A stretch of 40,396 nucleotides of DNA from Jimgerdemannia flammicorona. Lineage: Eukaryota. The notes under the pieces were generated by a model. The model worked only from the letters and a program-made list of their open reading frames with translations. It did no database searches and was not told the DNA's origin. Location: positions 1 to 40,396 of the forward strand of contig RBNJ01000123.1 in assembly GCA_003990765.1 (NCBI GenBank), read 5' to 3'. The position numbers and the translations under genes are program-made. This document shows positions 35,631 through 40,396 of this stretch, piece after piece (position 1 is the first letter of the stretch; each line of letters begins with the position of its first letter).

Positions 35631-38600
35631 GGTGATTTTGTAGGGGTGGGGTCCTTTGGGGTGTCTGTGAGAGGGCATTGGTATTGGTATTGGTTCTTCC
35701 AGAGTGGTGGGTGATTGTGGCATCATATGCTTGCAGCTTCATGATCCATCGAGTATAGATCTCTTTGGGCTCACTGGTATGTAGTAAGCAACCAGGTGAG
35801 TACTGAGTGGTCTGTCTGGATGATGAAGTGTCTTCCAGCTAGGTAGTAATGGAACTTCTCTACAGCCCAGATGACTGCAAGGCATTCCAGCTTATAAGAC
35901 TCATAGGACTGCTCTGCCCTACGAGTGCCTCGGCTGAGATAGGCTATTATATATTCGGCACCATTTTTCTTCTGTGCAAGGACAGCTCCAAGTCCCATTG
36001 TACTGGCATCTGTTTGTAGAATAAACTCCTGAGCCCAGTCAGGTCTTCTCAAGATTGGGGCCTGGATCAATCTGGTCTTGAGCTCATCAAAGGCTAGTTG
36101 CTGCTGCTGAGTCCACTGGAACTTAATCTCTTTTCTAAACAGATTGTAGATAGGGCTGGCAATGTGGGAGAATCTTCTAATAAATCTTCTATAGTAGGAT
36201 GTAAGTCCTATGAAGGCTCGGGCTTCTATGATGCTGATAGGTACTGAGTATGCTGCTACTGGTTTGATCTTTATAGGGTCTATATGTGTTCCTTCACAGT
36301 TGATAATGTGTCCAAGATATGCGATCTCTTCTTCTCCAAACTTGCATTTCTTGGGCTTGATGTAGAGGCCATGTTTGTGAAGCCTTCTGAGGATTTCCTC
36401 AATATATTCCAAGTGCTCCTTGGCTGTTCAGCTGAAGATGATCACATCATCTATATATACCATCATCCATTTTTCCATAACATCTCTGAAGATGCTGTTC
36501 ATCATTCACTGGAAGCTTGCTGGTGCATTGCACATTCCAAAGGGCATGCAGAGATAGACATAGATTCCATCAGGGGTAATGAAGGCTGATCTTTTGCTGG
36601 CTTCAGATGTAAGGCCGATTTGGTAGAATCCTGAGAACAGATCCAGGGTGGTGTAGAATCATGATTCATTCCCCAGCATGATAAGAATATCACCAATGTT
36701 TGGTAATGGTTGTCTGTCCTTTTCTGTGACCTTGTTGAGTCTTCTATAGTCTGTGCAGAGTCTTGGTGTAAATTCTCCTGGTTGGCTTCCTTTCTTTGGT
36801 ATAAGGACAATAGGGGAGAACCAAGGGCTGCTGGCTTCTTCAATGATACTAGATTCCTTCATTTCCTTAATCTCTGTCTTGAGCCATTCTCTGTATGCTG
36901 GTGGAATGGGGTGGGCCTTCTGATAGATTGGCTTTGCATCTCCAGTATTGACATCATGATAATACAAGGGTTTCTTGGTCTTGATGTCCTTGAAATCCAT
37001 GGCCAGTACATCCTCGAATATATGCAAGAGGCTCTGCAATTCTTCCCTGAGGGGAAAGTTTCTTCCGATTGTATAGGTGTGTTTGTCTTGGCTTTCCTCC
37101 TTCTTGTACTCCAATTCAGTGATCTTAGTTGCTGTGAGGACTCCTCTTCCTATAGAGCCAAATCCAGCTCTTCCTTGTTGAGTTTGTCTGATGTTTGTGA
37201 CCTCCTTGATTCTTGAATTAAGGACAGGTAGGATGAGCATTTGCACCAGCCAATCCTTCTTCCTTACTTCAAATGGGATTGTTGGGTTGTGGTTCCTGGT
37301 GAGGAGAAGGATTTCTCCAGTATAATCTGAATCGATGACTCCTCCTTCTATAGATATTTCACTTTTCGCCAGACTACTCCTTGTCTTAAGGATCCCAACA
37401 TGGTTCATTGGGATGGTTACTTCAATTTCTATTCCTAGAATAGTAGTGGTCTGTGGTTTGAGTATTGTGTGTATAGTAGTAGATAGGTCCATTCCAGCTG
37501 TATTCTCTGACTGGTACTGTGGCATGACTGCATTAGGGTAAATCCTTCGTATCTTGACTGTGATGTCTTCATCCTCATCATCACTGTCATCCCATAACTC
37601 TGGTGGTCCATCTTCTAGTTCCTCCTGGTTCTTCTTTGGCTTGTTGGTAATCTTCTTCACCTCAATGATACAAGAGTAGCAGCGATCCAAGTGCTGGGCA
37701 CAGTACATTCTTTCACCATGGGGGCACCTTCCTAGTGGGGCATATCCATCTGTGATTCTTGTGTACCATTCTTCCTCTATCAATTGCTTGCTTTTTCCTT
37801 TCTTTGTAGTAACCATATAGACTTCTTCTTCTTGGTCTTCCTCTATCTCAGGGCAGACTCCTTTGTGGACATTGATGGGAATTCTGATCTTCTTTCTCTG
37901 GTAGACAATCTGCATCTTCTGTGCACTGAGGTCAATCATTGCCTTGGCTTTATGAAGCCATTGATTGCTGATGAGGATATCATAGTTGATTGCATTGGTG
38001 ACAATGACATCCACGGGGATAGTGGCCTCTCTGAACTTGATTGGTATGTCTCAGATCTTTCCCAAGGGTGTTGCTCATGTTTCATCAGCTGTGACAAATA
38101 TCAGTTTGGTGGCTTCTTCTATCTCCCAGCCTAGGTGGTCTACTGCTTTCTTGGTGATGAGATATCCTCCTGCTCCTATATTAATAATGGCTTTGAAGAC
38201 TTGGTCCTCAATCTGGCAGATAGCATAGGCTGATGTTTTCTGATTATCTTCACTTTCTTCATCAGAATCTTCTTATGCATTATTGGCTTCGATTATTTTC
38301 CAACCTTGGTCTTTGCCAATATCTGAGATTCCTATCCTCATTTGTTGTCTGAAGGTTGGAATTTCTACTAGTTGGCCGAAGGTTGCATTGACTTTTTGGT
38401 CCTTGAGGTCCTTGAAGATATCATACTTGAAGGTCTTACTCTTGCACAATTTCTGCTCTTTCTTCCCTTCACTTGATGGGGTGGTGTTTCTGATGATATC
38501 TTCTACCACTTATTCAAGTTCAGCATCTTGTTCCAGCTCCATATCTTGATCAGCTTCACTCTGCTGGTTCTCTTTTTCGATGACTGTTTCTGATTGTCTT

Positions 38601-39610
38601 GTTTGTGTCTGGGTCTTCTTAGGAGGTCTGCCTGGAGGTCTTTTGTAGGGACTGGATTGGACATCCTTCTTGCTTGAGATAGTCAGGTAGGCTTCCTATT
38701 TCTCCCTTTCTTCCTCAGATTCTCCAATCTCCTCAAAGGTGATAGTGTTTGCCTGCTCACAGTTTCTGATTGCATTGCTTAGATTGGCCTTTCGCTTGGT
38801 TTCTGTCATACATTTGGAGGCATAGTGGCCTTCTTCTCCACAGTTGTAGCATATTATTGATCATCTTGTATTTATAGTGGCAAACTTCTGTACTGGCTTC
38901 TTCTTGAACTCTTTGACTACGTCACTGAGGTGTGCAGTCATTTCTGCGAACTGTTTGGCCAGTTCCTCCATTGGGTCAACCCTTCTCTGTTCTTGTGGTT
39001 GTCATTGAGTATTTCAGTTGACTATGGTAGCTAGGACTATATTGGTGACCCTTAGTGCTTGCTTGATTTTTACTCCTGTTATTCTTTCCATTGTATGGCC
39101 TTGAGGATGTCTGGCAGTTCAGTATCTTTGGGTATAGTTACCCTTCTGGCCCAGGTCCAGAGCTGTTGGGGTAGATCAGATAGCTAAAGCGATTTCTTGA
39201 TGAATACCTTTCATGAAGGTATTCTTGGCCACTTGGTCTTAAACTGCATTGGGGTAGTCAGCAAGAACTATTTGATGTCGGATTCTTGTGTAGAATGTGT
39301 TTGGGTCTTTGGACATTCCTTGGCAGATAGTATTCAGTTGATCCTTGAGTGCTTGTTTGATTTCGTCTGTGTAATAGGTTGCTTGGAGCCAGGCCTTGAA
39401 AGCTAGGAGTCTTGCTAGATCATTGTTTCCCACAATATTGGCTGCAATGAATGCAGTTCTTGCTGGGCCTCTGAGGCTTACAGGGAGTAGGGCTACTTGT
39501 TGTACTGCACTTAAGATCCTTATGGCAGCATATTGCTCGAAAACATCGATGAAGATGATGATTGATTTATTGGAGGTATATCCATGGAATACAGGTGGTC
39601 TCATATCCAT
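35623..39610 (-). pseudogene. pol: Gypsy-A gag-pol (capsid, zinc knuckle, protease, dUTPase, RT, RNase H)
   Basis: CYNCGEEGHYASKC at about 38810-38852; protease site AII(D>N)(T>I)GAG at about 38171-38191; LDLFSGFYQI, YIDD, QTDAS, LECLAVIWA, TDH. The ORF pieces share one frame, with a 1-nt shift near 35770. Confidence 0.95.
37148..37559 (-). CDS. dut: Trimeric dUTPase domain within pol
   Basis: All five motifs in order: AGMDL, RSSLA, GGVIDSDYTGEI, (A>V)QMLI, (R>Q)GRAGFGS(T>I)G. Confidence 0.95.
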
Positions 39611-39688
39611 TTTGTCTGATTGTGTTGTATGGGTTCTTGTTGCAGTTATTTGTTGTTTAGCTTGAAAGTGAGGGATTCATCTTGAATC

Positions 39689-39707
39689 ACCAGCCAATAG
39701 GTACCAA
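39689..39707 (-). other. Putative primer binding site
   Basis: TGGTACCTATTGGCTGG begins about 3-4 nt after the 5' LTR. TGG complements tRNA CCA; the tRNA is not identified. Confidence 0.6.
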
Positions 39708-39709
39708 GT

Positions 39710-40133
39710 TGTAATATAGCAGACACTAAGATGGGCAAGTATGTCAGATTTCTTTATCTTGAATTCTTGTCTTCTTGACTCCCAGAGTCAGTAGTTCCTT
39801 GAGGCCAAATGTGTTTAAAGAGGTAATCCTGAAGGTCCTTTTATTAGTATACTTATTCTTTTTCTAACACTTTCGATCTGAGGTTTATTCACTTGAAGAT
39901 ACTGGGTTATTTATATAAGTTTGCTAGCTATGAGAGAGTGGCTAAGTAATAAGTAAGTCATTTGGACTTTGTCAAAATATTTGGACAATGTCTAAAATTT
40001 TAGACAATATCTAAGAATTTAGACAATGTCGAAATTGAGAACTGCTAACTATAAGGCTATACTACTTTGAGACTGGGTGCGATCAAGTGTCTATTCCCTA
40101 TTTCCTTCTTCCAAATTTGGCTATACCATCACA
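39710..40133 (-). repeat. Gypsy-A 5' LTR (424 bp)
   Basis: tgtaat...catcaca; TATA-like tatataaa on the minus strand at about 39910-39917. Confidence 0.95.
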
Positions 40134-40380
40134 ATAGTCAGATCGTATTCTATTATGAAGAGATAGAGATCTTTCAGAAAAATTAGATAGAGATTGGGAT
40201 ATTATATATTATATAGATTTAGATTGATTTGATAATAAATGTAAAGTCTATATAACTATATAAAATAATAATAATAATAATAAATAACTTAGATGATATA
40301 GATTCTTCCTAAATTGGCAGACTTTTTGAATAATTCAGATGATGTAGATTTTTCTAAATTAGTAAACTTCTCTTTTTGAC

Positions 40381-40396
40381 TTTTTTTTTTTTTTTT
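40381..40396 (-). other. Poly(T) run at the window edge, possibly the tail of another minus-strand retro-insert
   Basis: T16 cut by the window end; three other long A-runs in the window are retroelement tails. Confidence 0.3.

Larger units (their letters stand above)
33483..40133 (-). mobile_element. Gypsy-A: complete Ty3/Gypsy LTR retrotransposon with dUTPase
   Basis: Two TG...CA LTRs, 4-bp TSD atag (33479-33482 and 40134-40137), PBS, PPT, and domain order gag-PR-dUTPase-RT-RH-IN-ORF3. Confidence 0.97.
33260..40285 (+). mobile_element. LINE-D 3' remnant (33260..33482 + 40138..40285), split by Gypsy-A
   Basis: Aligns by eye with the LINE-C 3' end (31020..31400); ends aataaa-tgtaaagtctatataactata followed by (TAA)n. 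Confidence 0.7.

Noticed and set aside
39689-39900. Tf1-type self-priming of Gypsy-A
   Set aside because: Only about 5 nt (acttg) match between the PBS region and the LTR; the TGG start fits tRNA priming better.
40291-40372. Two-copy 46-bp direct repeat at the right edge
   Set aside because: Too short and truncated by the window edge to assign.

Overview
Eukaryotic, probably fungal (short GT-AG introns, L1-clade LINEs, hAT and Ty3/Gypsy elements), gene-free nest of transposable elements; I see no host gene. Target-site duplications (TSDs) let most of the nesting be reconstructed. The window holds four L1/Tx1-clade LINE copies, one 1.2-kb polyadenylated non-autonomous retro-insert, three hAT transposons plus a hAT-end remnant, one complete Ty3/Gypsy element (dUTPase between protease and RT, integrase in a separate frame, extra 3' ORF) and a decayed Gypsy remnant. 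Everything is eroded by C-to-T/G-to-A transitions, most heavily in the outer (older) layers. The two most unusual signals are: (1) two different hAT elements each carry a second gene, and these genes share a His/Cys motif resembling half of a Zn2Cys6 cluster; (2) a double-hairpin module centred on TGATATCACGTGATATCA occurs between the divergent genes of one hAT and again, decayed, outside any recognisable copy of it. All calls are from manual reading; no database search was run.
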